Part shown: positions 1-11,173 of the stretch, piece after piece
Numbering within the stretch: the stretch's first letter is position 1
Layout of the letters: the number at the start of each line of letters is the position of its first letter
Assembly (NCBI GenBank): GCA_965204375.1
Contig: OZ241986.1
Span: 6,276,850 to 6,340,849 of the forward strand
Source of the DNA: Candidatus Latescibacterota bacterium
GTDB taxonomy: Bacteria > Latescibacterota > UBA2968
DNA length: 64,000 bases
Reading direction: 5' to 3'
The notes under the pieces: model-generated
The model's database searches: none
Seen by the model: the letters and a program-made list of their open reading frames with translations, nothing else
What the model was told of the DNA's origin: nothing
Made by a program: the position numbers and the translations under genes

Positions 1-32
1 CATCAAAGATAGAGCGCGAAAAGTCAAGGGTT

Positions 33-1016
33 CTAATGAATAAAGTTTGCCGCAGTCTTTAATATATCGACACCCGCATTCTTTTTGTACGCGTTTTCGC
101 TGATATATCGCCGCCAGGTTTTTGCACCCGGAATGCCGGCAAATAGGCCTATGAGATGTCGCGCTATATGGTGCAATCGCGTACCGCGCTCGAGTTGGTC
201 GGAGATATAAGGCAAATACGCGTGCAAAATTTCGTGTCGAGATGGTATTGGGCGAGTCTCACCGAAAAATCGATGGTCGGCATCGGATAGAAAATAGGGG
301 TTTGAGTAGGCTTCCCGCCCGACCATCACGCCATCGACATGCGCCAAATGTCCGGCGACTTCGTCGAGCGATGTAATTCCTCCGTTGATTACGATGTCCA
401 GATCTGGAAAGTCGCGTTTGATGCGATAGACTATGTCGTAAGACAATGGTGGGATTTCTCTGTTTTCTTTGGGACTCAGACCCTGAAGCCATGCTTTGCG
501 GGCGTGAAACGCAAAGATACGGCATCCCGATTCGGCAACGGTCTGGACAAAATGTACCAGTTCTTCGTAAGAATCGCGATTGTCAACGCCAATTCGCGTT
601 TTCACAGTTACGGGAATATTCACTGCGTCGCGCATTGCGCTTACACCATCGCGCACCCGTTCGGGTTCTTTCATCAAACACGCCCCAAAAAGCCCTGATT
701 GTACGCGGTCGCTCGGGCATCCCACATTCAGATTGATCTCATCATATCCCCAGTTTTCACCTACTTTGGCGCACAGTGCGAGATCGGCGGGGTCGCTTCC
801 GCCCAGTTGTAGTGCTATGGGATGTTCAATCGGATCAAATCCCAATAAAAGCGCGCGGTCACCGTGTATGATTGCGCCAGTGGCAACCATTTCGGTATAT
901 AGCAAAACCCGTTTGGAGATCAGGCGCAGAAAATACCGCTCGTGCCGGTCTGTACAATCCATCATGGGTGCGATTGAAAATCGCCTGCTGTTTCCAATAG
1001 GCATATAAAAATCCAA
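33..1016 (-). CDS. dusA: tRNA-dihydrouridine(20/20a) synthase DusA
   Basis: FSIAPMMDCTDRH, LQLGGSDP, INLNVGCPSDRVQSG and HARKAWLQGLSPKENR are DusA-type motifs. Confidence 0.95.
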   Translation of the reverse strand: MDFYMPIGNSRRFSIAPMMDCTDRHERYFLRLISKRVLLYTEMVATGAIIHGDRALLLGFDPIEHPIALQLGGSDPADLALCAKVGENWGYDEINLNVGCPSDRVQSGLFGACLMKEPERVRDGVSAMRDAVNIPVTVKTRIGVDNRDSYEELVHFVQTVAESGCRIFAFHARKAWLQGLSPKENREIPPLSYDIVYRIKRDFPDLDIVINGGITSLDEVAGHLAHVDGVMVGREAYSNPYFLSDADHRFFGETRPIPSRHEILHAYLPYISDQLERGTRLHHIARHLIGLFAGIPGAKTWRRYISENAYKKNAGVDILKTAANFIH

Positions 1017-1017
1017 T

Positions 1018-1057
1018 AAAAAAACGAGTCGATCACATGGGCAACCGACTCGTTTTT
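1018..1057 (-). terminator. Rho-independent terminator (possibly bidirectional)
   Basis: AAAAACGAGTCG...CGACTCGTTTTT inverted repeat with A/T tracts just downstream of the 1076 stop. Confidence 0.75.
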
Positions 1058-1075
1058 AATTTTCACCTGTGTTTG

Positions 1076-2221
1076 TCATGCATAAGCGGGAAGCCCGACT
1101 TCACTTGCATTGACAATACTGGGGGCTGCCTGTGGGGGATTGTCGCCGAGGAAGGGCAAGACATCGTCCGGGTCTTGCCAGGCGCCATAGCCATTCAGAA
1201 CACCAGCCACATTTGAAGCCGCCAAAGTGGCCATTCCCGAACGGGTCCATATTGTCGCCGATGCAATATGCGGTACAATGACCACATTGGGCAACTCTTT
1301 AAGCCCGGGTTTCATCAGGGGTTCGTCTTCAAATACGTCGAGGCCGACTTTGAAATCCGGATGGGTTTGGCAGTGTGCGACCAGTGCGACTTCGTCGATG
1401 ACCGGACCGCGGCTGGCGTTGATGAGAATCGCATTGTCCTTCATCAGCGCAAGACGCTCGGTATTCATCAGGTGGAAGGTGGTGTCATCCAATAGCGGAT
1501 GTAAGCTCACCACGTCGGCAGTTCTCAATACGTCTTCGACCGAGTCCAAACGCCGACAGGTGATGGGTTCGTCGCCTTGAGCTTTTAAGAATTCGCCATA
1601 AGCCGCGATATAATTTTCCATGTATTCATTGGGATACGGGTCAAAATAAACCACGTTCATTTTGAACCCTTCGGACATCATTTTGGCATAAGCACAGCCG
1701 ATGCGACCGGCGCCAATTACGCCGACTGTTTTCCCGGTCATCAATTCGCCCAGATAAAGCGTGGGCAACCAGCCGTGATATTTTTCAGCGCGCATAAAAG
1801 CATCGGCTTCGATTACCCGACGCGCGGCTGAAAAGGTGAGGGAGACGGCCATTTCAGCGGTGGTCTCGGTCAAGACGCCCGGCGTATTGCCTACCGGTAT
1901 GCCGTATTTTGTCGCTACGCCAACATCCACATTATTGTATCCCACGGCATAGTTGGAATACGCTTTGCCTCCCGCATTCTTGAGGACGGTGAACAGTTCT
2001 TCACCCCATTTTTCCGTCAATTGTCCGATTACGCCATCGCATTGATCGCCGATTTTGTCTCTGATTTCTTCGACACTCAAAATTTCCGTCGATGTGCCAA
2101 TCTCTACGCGGCAATCAGCAGCGGTGAGAATTTCAAGCCAGCGGTCGCCGGGCAATTCTTTGGTTACGACGACGCGCTTGCTGCCCGATTCGTTGTGTGT
2201 TCTCCAGTCATTGGTGCTCAA
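1076..2221 (-). CDS. D-glycerate dehydrogenase / hydroxypyruvate reductase (D-2-hydroxyacid dehydrogenase family)
   Basis: AVGYNNVD, NTPGVLTETTAE, GVIGAGRIG, LINASRGPVIDE, GLDVFEDEP, PHIASA. Confidence 0.9.
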   Translation of the reverse strand: MSTNDWRTHNESGSKRVVVTKELPGDRWLEILTAADCRVEIGTSTEILSVEEIRDKIGDQCDGVIGQLTEKWGEELFTVLKNAGGKAYSNYAVGYNNVDVGVATKYGIPVGNTPGVLTETTAEMAVSLTFSAARRVIEADAFMRAEKYHGWLPTLYLGELMTGKTVGVIGAGRIGCAYAKMMSEGFKMNVVYFDPYPNEYMENYIAAYGEFLKAQGDEPITCRRLDSVEDVLRTADVVSLHPLLDDTTFHLMNTERLALMKDNAILINASRGPVIDEVALVAHCQTHPDFKVGLDVFEDEPLMKPGLKELPNVVIVPHIASATIWTRSGMATLAASNVAGVLNGYGAWQDPDDVLPFLGDNPPQAAPSIVNASEVGLPAYA

Positions 2222-2319
2222 AATACATCCTCCTTATAAGTATGCGTTCTGTTCAGAAAATTGCGAGTGTGGAATATAACCAACCAGAGTGTTTGTTTCA
2301 AGTAATTCTCACTGTACAC

Positions 2320-2346
2320 AAAAACGCGCCCGAACGTGAGGGCGCG
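2320..2346 (-). terminator. Rho-independent terminator
   Basis: CGCGCCC/GGGCGCG stem followed by T5 on the minus strand. Confidence 0.6.
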
Positions 2347-2382
2347 AAATAAATTATTTACAGAAGCAGTCAGGGATGCATG

Positions 2383-2616
2383 CTACTTGGGGAGATTCAA
2401 CAAAATAGTGACTGTGGCACCGAAAATAGTGAGCAAGATCGTGAAGAGAAGGCCAATAACCCACTTGAAAAGGCTAAGCATGCGGTTTTCCAGGTTGATC
2501 ATACGATTGGATATATCACGCTGGCCTTCGTTCAGGCTGGCAAGCTGTTGGGTGATCTGCTCAACAATCCCTTCAAGTCTTGCAGTGCGAGCTTCAAGGG
2601 TGGGTAACTGTGCCAT
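2383..2616 (-). CDS. Small coiled-coil protein with C-terminal transmembrane helix
   Basis: AAAGGA RBS before MAQLPTLEAR; heptad-like region followed by hydrophobic WVIGLLFTILLTIFGATVTILL. Confidence 0.65.
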   Translation of the reverse strand: MAQLPTLEARTARLEGIVEQITQQLASLNEGQRDISNRMINLENRMLSLFKWVIGLLFTILLTIFGATVTILLNLPK

Positions 2617-2648
2617 TGGGTGTCCTTTTTGTGTTGTGGTGCCGCAAA

Positions 2649-5600
2649 TCAATATGATTGGGTTTCAGCATTTTCAATCACGGGCGCGATATCGAGGACT
2701 TCGCGGTCGAGTTTGGGGGGCGTTCCTTTGCCATTGAGCCAGTAGTTCGCCATTTTTTTGGCGGCGGCCATTTTGGGCCAGATCACTTCGCGGTAGCCCC
2801 GCACATCGTCGGGGAGGCGCAGTGCTTTTACATAAGTATCATATCGCTCTGTACTGTCAAAATCAAAATCATCTACCAGATCGATATACCAGTCTCGATA
2901 GTTTTTTTCCTCGCGGTGCCAGGCTGGTAGCCTGCGTAAAAAGCGCGTGCGTTTCATGATATTGAGCATCCAGTCGCGGGTTTGAATATCGAATCTGATG
3001 TCCAGTCCCAGGACGGTGAAATGCGGACGGGTTAAATGCCTGTAAGAAATCCGATCGCCGCGACTGGGATCGACATCGTAACGCACACGGTCGCGGCGAT
3101 ACTTTTCCTCGCTTGTCAATAGATGAGCCACGTAGATTTCATCTTTATAGGTCATCACGCGGGCGAGAAAGCGCACCACAGCATCGGTTGCGCGATACTG
3201 ATATTGGACATTATCGCGGTCGTAAATCCTTTTTACGCGATCGATATAAGACTGTGCGTATTCGACGCCTCCCCATTGGATGAGGTCGTAAACACCCAAA
3301 GCAAATTGCAATTTTGTCGCGTCCGAAAGAGACCAGTCGGCGATTGTCTCTGAGAGGGTGCGATAGGTTTCGGCCAAGTTGTCGCCCCGCGTTTTGGTCA
3401 GAATTTCCGTTTTATCGCCAATGAGGCCTCTGTATGTGGTTACGAGTTTGGGCTTGAAAAATGCATCGGGATCCAACGCGGCTTTGCGCCCCATCTCAAA
3501 TGCTTTGAGATTGGCTTCGAGTTCATTCGATTTGATATTTTGCTTCATCGCCCACCGGATATTCTCCAGTGTTAGGGGCAATGCGCCCCGTTGAAATGCC
3601 GCGCCCAGCAAGATGCTATTGGCATAGATTTTGTTGCCCAGGTATCGTTCGGAGATTTCGCCGAGGTCCATCCCAAAATACGTGTCGGAATTGGTATAAC
3701 GCCGCAACATATCCTCCAGATGATCTGTATCAAAATCGTCTCGGCCAATCATCGACAAAATGGTTTCGCGTTTGCCGGTTTCCACGACGGCTGTGGTGCG
3801 CTGAGGGCTGCCTACGCGACCGGTTCCATTCGGATCTAACCCGCGCACGGCCTCCAGAATGTCCAATCCCAACAGCAAGTCTGCATGCCCGTAGGGCGTC
3901 AATTGCGAAATCACCCGCTCGTCTTTGGTAAAACTGACGTGGGAATACACGCCGCCGTTGCGAATAGCCAGTCCCTTTTTGTTGGTGAAGCGAACGGTAT
4001 ATCCCTGCTTTGCGCCTGCAACGGCGATAATCGCAGAAATGGTGTTGATGCCCATGCCGCCTACGCCGGCTACATACGCGTACCACGCCGTATCAAAGTC
4101 GCGGCATTCGGGTTCGGGAATATCCGATAGATCTATCGATTCGGTTTGCACCTCGGGCGCGTGCGATCGGTGAACTGTCATGCGTTCAAAAGAGGGACAC
4201 GTTTTATCGCCATTGGCAACTTCGACCTTTGTACACGCCCCGTCTGCAACGCACAAAGATAGATCGGTCGCGACTTTTGGACCGTGAAGCGATTCTTCTA
4301 CGGTCAAGCCGCTACACCCGGTTGCCTGCGTGCATTCCAGACAATATTCACAGACTTCTGGCGTGATGTTGATGTGGGTTTCTTCCGACAGAAATCCCTT
4401 TTCCCGAACGGTCTGAATCTGCTCTGCGCGCACGCGACGGTGATATGTGATGCCACATTCTTTGTCGGCAATGACAATTTTGACGCCGTCTTTTAGAAGT
4501 GCTTGTTCCAGGACATCGCGATACGCCTCCCGATTTGCCGGGTTCATGCGGGCGACCATCACCGGACCATTTGTGCCGCCACCCAAACCGCGCACGACCT
4601 GTTCGATATCCTGAGCAAAGGTCGGGCGTCCCATCAGGTCAATATCTACCCCCGGCGTGGGCTGGTGCCCCGTCATTGCCGTGGTTTTATTATCTAAAAT
4701 GATATAGGTAATATCTTGCCCGTGTTTAATCGAATCGGAAATCGCCGCCATTCCGCTGTGGAAAAATGTCGAATCGCCCATGAACACGAGTTGTTTGTTG
4801 TCGATAAAAGGATCGATACCCGCACCCGTGCCACCACCGAGTCCCATTCCCGACAAATTGTGCATCAGCCGGTTAAATGGCTCGTATTTCAATAGGGAAT
4901 AACATCCGATATCTCCGTGAAAAATCAGATCCGTCGGATCTGTGCCGTGCTTGCGCCGCATATAATCGCCATCTTGCAAATCATCGATCATCTTGTCCAG
5001 CACGCTGGCTGAATCTCGGTGCGGGCAGCCCGGGCAAAACGAGGGCGTGCGAACCGTTGCGCTCAGGTCATAAGTTTCTGTCTGAGCCATCAAGGCGACA
5101 ACAGCATCAATGCGCTCGGCATCTACGGGCACTGTGGGGTCGTCGAGCGATTTCAACACTGGGGCCAATACATTGAGTGTGATGCTCGGATTGAGGCCAC
5201 AACTGTCGGGGAAACCGGATCCATGGGGAAAGCGTTTGCCCCATATCCGAAATGCCTTTGTTTTGCCGGCTTGATACAGGTTTTGCAAGGCAGTGGCAAT
5301 TTGTTCTTCCAGAAAACCGCGTTTTTCTTCCACTACATAAATTTCATCGACCATATTTGTAAATTCGCGCAAAATTTCCGAATCAATCGGATAGGTAATC
5401 CCATATTTCAAAATGGGAATGCTGCCCCCCAACCCAACCATATTGAGCGCGTGTTCCAAATAACAATAGGCCAAACTGCTGGTGACAAAGCCGATCCGCT
5501 TTTTGCCAGAGTCTGGCCGATATAAAATTCGATTCAACCCGTATGCTTTTGCGAGGGTGAGCAGCTTGGGAAAACGCTGCTCGAGGACCTCCTTTTCTTT

Positions 5601-6269
5601 TATCACAGTATGTGGGGGGATAATCACGCGATCATCTGGGGAAATCGTCTGTGGATCCAGGCGGATGGGATGGTTAAATGTTTTTTCGGGAAACTGGTTT
5701 GCGTGTACTTCGACCGTGCCCCCGCCATCTGCCTGGTTGGATGTCACGAGGTAGGCGATATAAAGCCGGGTTTTTTCCGACAACTCAAAGGCGACTTTGA
5801 TCCAGTCTTTCATTTCCTGAAAGGTGCTGGGTTCAAATATGGGCATATACAGGTGTTTGGCAATAAAGCGAGAATCAGCAGGCACTTGTGTGCCCTCAGA
5901 CCACGTATCATCGCCGAATACGGCAACCGCAGCAGCACCTTCACCTGTTCCGGCCATATTGCCCAGTGCCAGCGCGTCTGAAGCGACGTGCGCGCCCACG
6001 CTTTTCATGACTGCGATGGCGCGAATGGATTCCATCTGTGCCCCATTGAGACGCGCTGCTCCCAGGGCTTCGTTGTTGGCAATTTGCACCATCACGCCTT
6101 TTTCTACCAACAACTCGCGGATGCGCTCTGCTGCATCAAATACTTCTGCCACGGGTGATCCGGGATATCCCGTCATCAACCCCATGCCGCCTTCGAGGCT
6201 ACCCTTGACAATCAATTCATTGCCCGTAAAAATACCCGTGCCCTTTTCAAATGTAAATCGAGGATCCAT
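2649..6269 (-). CDS. Fused indolepyruvate:ferredoxin oxidoreductase family protein (alpha+beta, DUF6537-like C-terminus)
   Basis: TGYPGSPV, RTPSFCPGCPHR, GDIGCY, GDSTFFHSG (TPP), CEYCLEC ferredoxin, AGVGGMG beta domain, YKDEIYVA. Confidence 0.9.
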   Translation of the reverse strand: MDPRFTFEKGTGIFTGNELIVKGSLEGGMGLMTGYPGSPVAEVFDAAERIRELLVEKGVMVQIANNEALGAARLNGAQMESIRAIAVMKSVGAHVASDALALGNMAGTGEGAAAVAVFGDDTWSEGTQVPADSRFIAKHLYMPIFEPSTFQEMKDWIKVAFELSEKTRLYIAYLVTSNQADGGGTVEVHANQFPEKTFNHPIRLDPQTISPDDRVIIPPHTVIKEKEVLEQRFPKLLTLAKAYGLNRILYRPDSGKKRIGFVTSSLAYCYLEHALNMVGLGGSIPILKYGITYPIDSEILREFTNMVDEIYVVEEKRGFLEEQIATALQNLYQAGKTKAFRIWGKRFPHGSGFPDSCGLNPSITLNVLAPVLKSLDDPTVPVDAERIDAVVALMAQTETYDLSATVRTPSFCPGCPHRDSASVLDKMIDDLQDGDYMRRKHGTDPTDLIFHGDIGCYSLLKYEPFNRLMHNLSGMGLGGGTGAGIDPFIDNKQLVFMGDSTFFHSGMAAISDSIKHGQDITYIILDNKTTAMTGHQPTPGVDIDLMGRPTFAQDIEQVVRGLGGGTNGPVMVARMNPANREAYRDVLEQALLKDGVKIVIADKECGITYHRRVRAEQIQTVREKGFLSEETHINITPEVCEYCLECTQATGCSGLTVEESLHGPKVATDLSLCVADGACTKVEVANGDKTCPSFERMTVHRSHAPEVQTESIDLSDIPEPECRDFDTAWYAYVAGVGGMGINTISAIIAVAGAKQGYTVRFTNKKGLAIRNGGVYSHVSFTKDERVISQLTPYGHADLLLGLDILEAVRGLDPNGTGRVGSPQRTTAVVETGKRETILSMIGRDDFDTDHLEDMLRRYTNSDTYFGMDLGEISERYLGNKIYANSILLGAAFQRGALPLTLENIRWAMKQNIKSNELEANLKAFEMGRKAALDPDAFFKPKLVTTYRGLIGDKTEILTKTRGDNLAETYRTLSETIADWSLSDATKLQFALGVYDLIQWGGVEYAQSYIDRVKRIYDRDNVQYQYRATDAVVRFLARVMTYKDEIYVAHLLTSEEKYRRDRVRYDVDPSRGDRISYRHLTRPHFTVLGLDIRFDIQTRDWMLNIMKRTRFLRRLPAWHREEKNYRDWYIDLVDDFDFDSTERYDTYVKALRLPDDVRGYREVIWPKMAAAKKMANYWLNGKGTPPKLDREVLDIAPVIENAETQSY

Positions 6270-6278
6270 CAATATCCT

Positions 6279-7679
6279 TTAGAATGCTGTGCTTTGCCAA
6301 TTGGGATTGTAGAGTTCACCCGACATGGTCGAATGCACCAGTTCGTAAACGCCGGTTCCTCGGCGATCAAAAAATACAAAAATATATCGTCCCGACTTTT
6401 CGTAAGTCCAGGTATCTATGGCTTTTCCTATCGCAGCCGATGTGGTATAATCGCGCTCGCTGGGCGGCCCGTATTTGATATAAACACGTCCTTTGTCTGT
6501 GTCTGATCCCCGCTTCCCCGGTTGTGCCGTAAACGTATCATCGGAGTATTTCATGCGATTTATATGGTCTCGAAGCCGTTCATTTAAGGGCGTCTTTGGG
6601 GTCGGATCCAGTTTTTTCCAAAATGTCCGGAGGAATTTCATTTTCGAATCCCGTGTTGGCAAAGATTCGTAAAGACCGAGATCTTTTTCAGACGCAATGT
6701 GATGAATGGTTTGAAAATATCGCAATTGTTCCTGTTGTGCCTCCGTCAATTGTGGATTTTCATTTTCATCTGAAATGAGAAAGACTTTGCGTTTGTGCCG
6801 CACATGTTCGCGCGTGCTGCGGTCAAATAACTCGATTTGCAAATCGTACGCGCCGCCAGATAGTCCTTCTGTTTCCAGGGTTTCTGTTTTTACTACGCTT
6901 TCGCCGGGCTTGATCAGTCGCTTTGCCGGATACGATTTGACAACGACACCGGCGGTGTCGAGCAAACTGTATCCCAAAACAAATGAATCATTGGGATTGT
7001 CGGGCATGACCTTGAAGTTGTAAACCTCAAAGTAGGTCTGTATTGGTTTCCCCACGCGGAAGAACCGCGTTGTATTGGGGACGACGTGCCATCCATTTTT
7101 GACAAAGCGCCCGGCAGATTCGGCTTTTTTTAGTTCCGAAGCGAATACCACATCGCTTACGACCAACTCAGTACCCTCAAAACGACGCACGCGCATATTC
7201 CCTTCACAGGCACCTGAAATATCTCCGTAAATATCTTCGGCTGTCAGTGTCATTTTGTAAGGACCCGGCGCAATATCAACGGCGATGATATCGCGCACCA
7301 GCGCGCCATTTTGTTTCAATTCTCGGATATTTACTACCGAAACATTTCGCGTCCACAACTCTTGCACTGTAGGATTTCCCGCGGAGTCTTGCAGAGAAAG
7401 CTCAAAGTCAATTTGGGATACGTATTTACCATCTTCGGGTACAAACTGCAATTGTCGCGCATCGATTAATGTATAGACTTCCAGGCGCGTGAGGTTTTGA
7501 GGTCCCCGAAATGCAGCGGTTTCGGCAAAAACGCGCAATTCGCCCTTTGAGCGCAAAGGCATATCCCGATATACTGGTGCATCCTCTTGCCCATATGCCG
7601 TTGTCCAGAAACAGGCGGCGACTATCGCAACATACCATTTTATGATACGCATGACGATCCTCCAGGTGTTATATACCAC
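6279..7679 (-). CDS. GWxTD domain-containing secreted protein
   Basis: Signal peptide; FWKKLDPTPKTPLNE and GSDTDKGRVYIKYGPP. Confidence 0.85.
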   Translation of the reverse strand: MVYNTWRIVMRIIKWYVAIVAACFWTTAYGQEDAPVYRDMPLRSKGELRVFAETAAFRGPQNLTRLEVYTLIDARQLQFVPEDGKYVSQIDFELSLQDSAGNPTVQELWTRNVSVVNIRELKQNGALVRDIIAVDIAPGPYKMTLTAEDIYGDISGACEGNMRVRRFEGTELVVSDVVFASELKKAESAGRFVKNGWHVVPNTTRFFRVGKPIQTYFEVYNFKVMPDNPNDSFVLGYSLLDTAGVVVKSYPAKRLIKPGESVVKTETLETEGLSGGAYDLQIELFDRSTREHVRHKRKVFLISDENENPQLTEAQQEQLRYFQTIHHIASEKDLGLYESLPTRDSKMKFLRTFWKKLDPTPKTPLNERLRDHINRMKYSDDTFTAQPGKRGSDTDKGRVYIKYGPPSERDYTTSAAIGKAIDTWTYEKSGRYIFVFFDRRGTGVYELVHSTMSGELYNPNWQSTAF

Positions 7680-7740
7680 AATTCCCCGGCTGGTATTGTA
7701 AGAACAGTATAAAAAGTTGAGAAAATGGAATCAAGCGTTA

Positions 7741-8625
7741 TCAAGCCACTTGATCTGCAGCGTGGTAGGAACTGCGCACCAGTGGGCCGGATTCGACATG
7801 CCGAAAACCCAGTGTGAGCGCGAATTGTTTGAGCTCCAAAAATTCATCGGGATGGTAAAAGCGCGCCACAGGAACGTGTTGGGCAGACGGTTGCAGATAT
7901 TGGCCTATTGTGAGAATATCTGTTTTGCAATCTGCGATATCTCGTGTCGTCTGGCGCACTTCGGCCGGGGTTTCGCCCGCGCCGACCATAATACCCGATT
8001 TTGTGGGCATACCGCGCCCCATTGCTTTGGCCCGTTTCAAAAGTGCCAGCGACCTGGCGTATTTTGCCTGGGGACGCATGGTTTTATACAGGCGCGGCAC
8101 GGTTTCGACATTGTGGTTTAAGATATCGGGTGCTGCTTCTATGACCATGCGCAATGCCCGCCAATTGCCCTGAAAATCCGGGATTAAGACTTCGACCTTT
8201 GTATGTCTGCACAACCGCCGAATCGCATATATCGTTTCGGCAAAAATGCGTGCTCCCCCGTCTGGGAGTTCATCGCGATTTACCGACGTGACCACTGCAT
8301 GCCGCAATCCCATTGTCTGTACGGCTTTGGCAACCCGTTCGGGTTCTTCGGTATCAAGGCCCTCGGGACGACCGGTTTTTACCGCGCAAAATCCACAACT
8401 CCGCGTACACACATCTCCCAAAATCATAAATGTCGCCGTGCCAGAGTTCCAGCATTCGCCGATGTTGGGACAGCGCGCACTTTCGCACACTGTGTGGAGA
8501 TTTAACCCGCGCATCAAGTTTTTCAACGCGCGGTATCCCTCACTGCCCGGGGCTGGTACGCGAAACCATTCGGGTAGTCGCCTTCGGCGCACGGGAGGTG
8601 CTTCAATGTCCATCAGGCCATTCAT
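7741..8625 (-). CDS. lipA: Lipoyl synthase
   Basis: [30 protein letters not shown]. Confidence 0.97.
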   Translation of the reverse strand: MNGLMDIEAPPVRRRRLPEWFRVPAPGSEGYRALKNLMRGLNLHTVCESARCPNIGECWNSGTATFMILGDVCTRSCGFCAVKTGRPEGLDTEEPERVAKAVQTMGLRHAVVTSVNRDELPDGGARIFAETIYAIRRLCRHTKVEVLIPDFQGNWRALRMVIEAAPDILNHNVETVPRLYKTMRPQAKYARSLALLKRAKAMGRGMPTKSGIMVGAGETPAEVRQTTRDIADCKTDILTIGQYLQPSAQHVPVARFYHPDEFLELKQFALTLGFRHVESGPLVRSSYHAADQVA

Positions 8626-9995
8626 TGCACCCTCCGTCCGGTCAGTGTGCGCAGGGTCGTTTGGGTAATCTCGACATCGGCTATCGCGTTGTCTGCGATG
8701 CCCTCTCGGGGAAATACGACCGTCTTGAAACCATCGGATTTGCCCACGGCGAAACCCTCGCCTTTGCGGGCATCTCCTTGTACCAAAACCTCAAGGGTGC
8801 GACCGATATAAGTCGCATTGATTTCTTCAGAAATGCGATTTTGTTGTGCTATAATAGTTTCGAGTCTTTGTACCTTTTCTTCTTCTGGTACCGTATCGGG
8901 CATCTCGCGGAAAGCGACCGTGCCTTTTCGAGCAGAGTACTTAAACATAAATGCGGAATCATAACGCACCTGCGCCATCAATGCCAGCGTAGCTTCAAAG
9001 TCGGTTTGGGTTTCACCGGAAAAACCGGCGATAATATCTGTACTCAAACACAGATCTGGCATTGCGCTGCGCAAATCATCGACCAGGGCGAGATAGTCTT
9101 CGACCGTATAGCTGCGCTTCATCGCTTTTAGAACGCGGTTTGACCCCGACTGCACGGGCAAATGAATAAAGCGACAAATTTTCTTTTCACGCGCCATTAT
9201 TTCAATGAATTTTTCAGAGAAATCACTCGGATGGGGCGAGGTAAAGCGAATGCGGTCAATGCCGTCTATGCGTGCAATCATCGAAAGTAAATCGGCAAAA
9301 TCGCAGGTGCCATCGCGATAAGAATTGACGGTTTGGCCCAACAGGGTAACTTCTCGAAAACCCGCATCGGCGGCAGCACGAGCCTGTCTGACAATTTCGC
9401 GCGCTGGCACACTGCGCTCTCTGCCGCGCACGTAGGGCACGATGCAGAATGTGCAAAATTTATCGCATCCGCGCATAATGGTGATCCAGGCATTGCTGCC
9501 CTCTTCGCGCAAGGGATCGATATCCATATAATATTCGCCGCGGTCCAGTCGCACATCCAGAGCTGAATCACCGCGTGCTTCGGCGATGAGTTCGGGTAGG
9601 CGCCGATACGAATCTGGTCCTACGACGAGATCGACGTAGGGCGCGTCGTTCATCAGGGACTCCGAAACGTGCTTGGCCATGCACCCCGATACCCCCATAA
9701 TCAGGTCTGGACGCCGATACTTCAGCCTGCGCAATTGTCCCAATCTGCCTCTTATTCGCTCTTCGGCGTGTTCGCGTATCGCGCAGGTGTTCAGCACAAT
9801 GACATCGGCATCTTCTGGACGATGGGCAGAGGTATAACCCGATTGCTCCAAAATGCCCAGCATCAGTTCCGTATCCGATACATTCATCTGGCAACCGTAC
9901 GTCTCGATAAAAACCTTTTGCCCGGATACGGGCGCGACAGGTATCTCGGTTTGCACAGCGCGACCGTCTAATTCAATATCGAGCAATGCGCTCAC
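8622..9995 (-). CDS. miaB: tRNA-2-methylthio-N6-dimethylallyladenosine synthase
   Basis: [38 protein letters not shown]-terminal TRAM domain. Confidence 0.95.
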   Translation of the reverse strand: MSALLDIELDGRAVQTEIPVAPVSGQKVFIETYGCQMNVSDTELMLGILEQSGYTSAHRPEDADVIVLNTCAIREHAEERIRGRLGQLRRLKYRRPDLIMGVSGCMAKHVSESLMNDAPYVDLVVGPDSYRRLPELIAEARGDSALDVRLDRGEYYMDIDPLREEGSNAWITIMRGCDKFCTFCIVPYVRGRERSVPAREIVRQARAAADAGFREVTLLGQTVNSYRDGTCDFADLLSMIARIDGIDRIRFTSPHPSDFSEKFIEIMAREKKICRFIHLPVQSGSNRVLKAMKRSYTVEDYLALVDDLRSAMPDLCLSTDIIAGFSGETQTDFEATLALMAQVRYDSAFMFKYSARKGTVAFREMPDTVPEEEKVQRLETIIAQQNRISEEINATYIGRTLEVLVQGDARKGEGFAVGKSDGFKTVVFPREGIADNAIADVEITQTTLRTLTGRRVQ

Positions 9996-11119
9996 GTTCG
10001 TTTCCTTGTTATTTTGTTTCTTGCCAAACGCATCTCTTCAATTACTTCTGCATCGCGTTCACACAACAGTGCTTTATCAAGTGCCCGTCTCGCCCGCGCA
10101 CCCCCAATTTTGCCCAGTGCCCAGGCCGCGTGTTGTCGCACGAGTGGCTCGTCGTCTTTCAGGGCATTTGTCAGGGCGGGAACTTCAGATCTGCTTCCCA
10201 CATTGCCCAGTGCGACGGCAACGTTTCGCAATAATCCACGCCGTTTGGCGCGTTTGATCGGGCTGTTTTTGAATCGCTTTGAAAAAGCCTCTTGATCCAT
10301 GTGGAGCAAGTCGGTTAGCGCGGGCGCATTCAAACCCTCGCGCGCTTGAAAAGCATGTTCAGAGGTTGGTTTTGCGTGTTTGAGATTCCAGGGGCATACT
10401 TCCTGGCAGATATCACATCCAAAGACCCAGTTGCCTATATCCGATCTCAAATCTCGCGGAATAGCGCCTTTCATTTCAATGGTTAAATAGGAAATGCACC
10501 GCCTCGAATCCACGACATAAGGTTCTGGAATAGCATCTGTTGGACACGCATCCAGGCACTGCGTACAGGTGCCGCAATGATCGGGTTGTGGACGATCGAC
10601 TTTGAGTTCGAGATTCAGAATAATCTCGCCCAAAAAAAACCAGGAACCGCGGCCCTTGTCAATTAAGCAGGTGTGTTTCCCAAACCAGCCCAGCCCAGCT
10701 CGGGCGGCGAAATCGCGCTCCAGAACAGGTCCGGTATCGACATAGACCCGCCCCTCAGCAGAGGGTTCGATTTGCTGAATTTCAGATAGGAGTTGTAGCA
10801 AGCGGTCTTTCATGACGGTGTGATAATCATCGCCACGCGCATAGCGGGCAATCTGCCCTTTGGGCTCACCGCCATTATCAGACCCATCGGAACGGGGCTG
10901 ATAATTGAGACCCACGCACAGTACTGATTTGGCGTCTGGAAATATCTGGCGAATATCTGAACGCCGATCCAGATTGCGAGCCAAATACCCCATTTCCCCC
11001 GCGTAGCCCATTCCCAACCACTTTTGATAAAATGCCCAGTGTTGCGGGGGATCTACGGATGCAATCCCCACGGGATCAAATCCCAAACGCCGCGCTGCGT
11101 TCTTAATCCGGTGGGTCAT
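9992..11119 (-). CDS. queG: Epoxyqueuosine reductase
   Basis: IARYARGDDYH, VDTGPVLER, CGTCTQCLDACPT, FGCDICQEVCPWN, HEAT repeats; start uncertain (11119 or 11155). Confidence 0.95.
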   Translation of the reverse strand: MTHRIKNAARRLGFDPVGIASVDPPQHWAFYQKWLGMGYAGEMGYLARNLDRRSDIRQIFPDAKSVLCVGLNYQPRSDGSDNGGEPKGQIARYARGDDYHTVMKDRLLQLLSEIQQIEPSAEGRVYVDTGPVLERDFAARAGLGWFGKHTCLIDKGRGSWFFLGEIILNLELKVDRPQPDHCGTCTQCLDACPTDAIPEPYVVDSRRCISYLTIEMKGAIPRDLRSDIGNWVFGCDICQEVCPWNLKHAKPTSEHAFQAREGLNAPALTDLLHMDQEAFSKRFKNSPIKRAKRRGLLRNVAVALGNVGSRSEVPALTNALKDDEPLVRQHAAWALGKIGGARARRALDKALLCERDAEVIEEMRLARNKITRKRT

Positions 11120-11135
11120 GCAGGCACTCCAAAAA

Positions 11136-11166
11136 TAGAGGGCAGGACACAACAATGCCCTGCCCC
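11136..11166. repeat. REP-like palindrome
   Basis: TAGAGGGCAGG...CCTGCCCC imperfect inverted repeat between genes. Confidence 0.4.
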
Positions 11167-11173
11167 GTGATTC

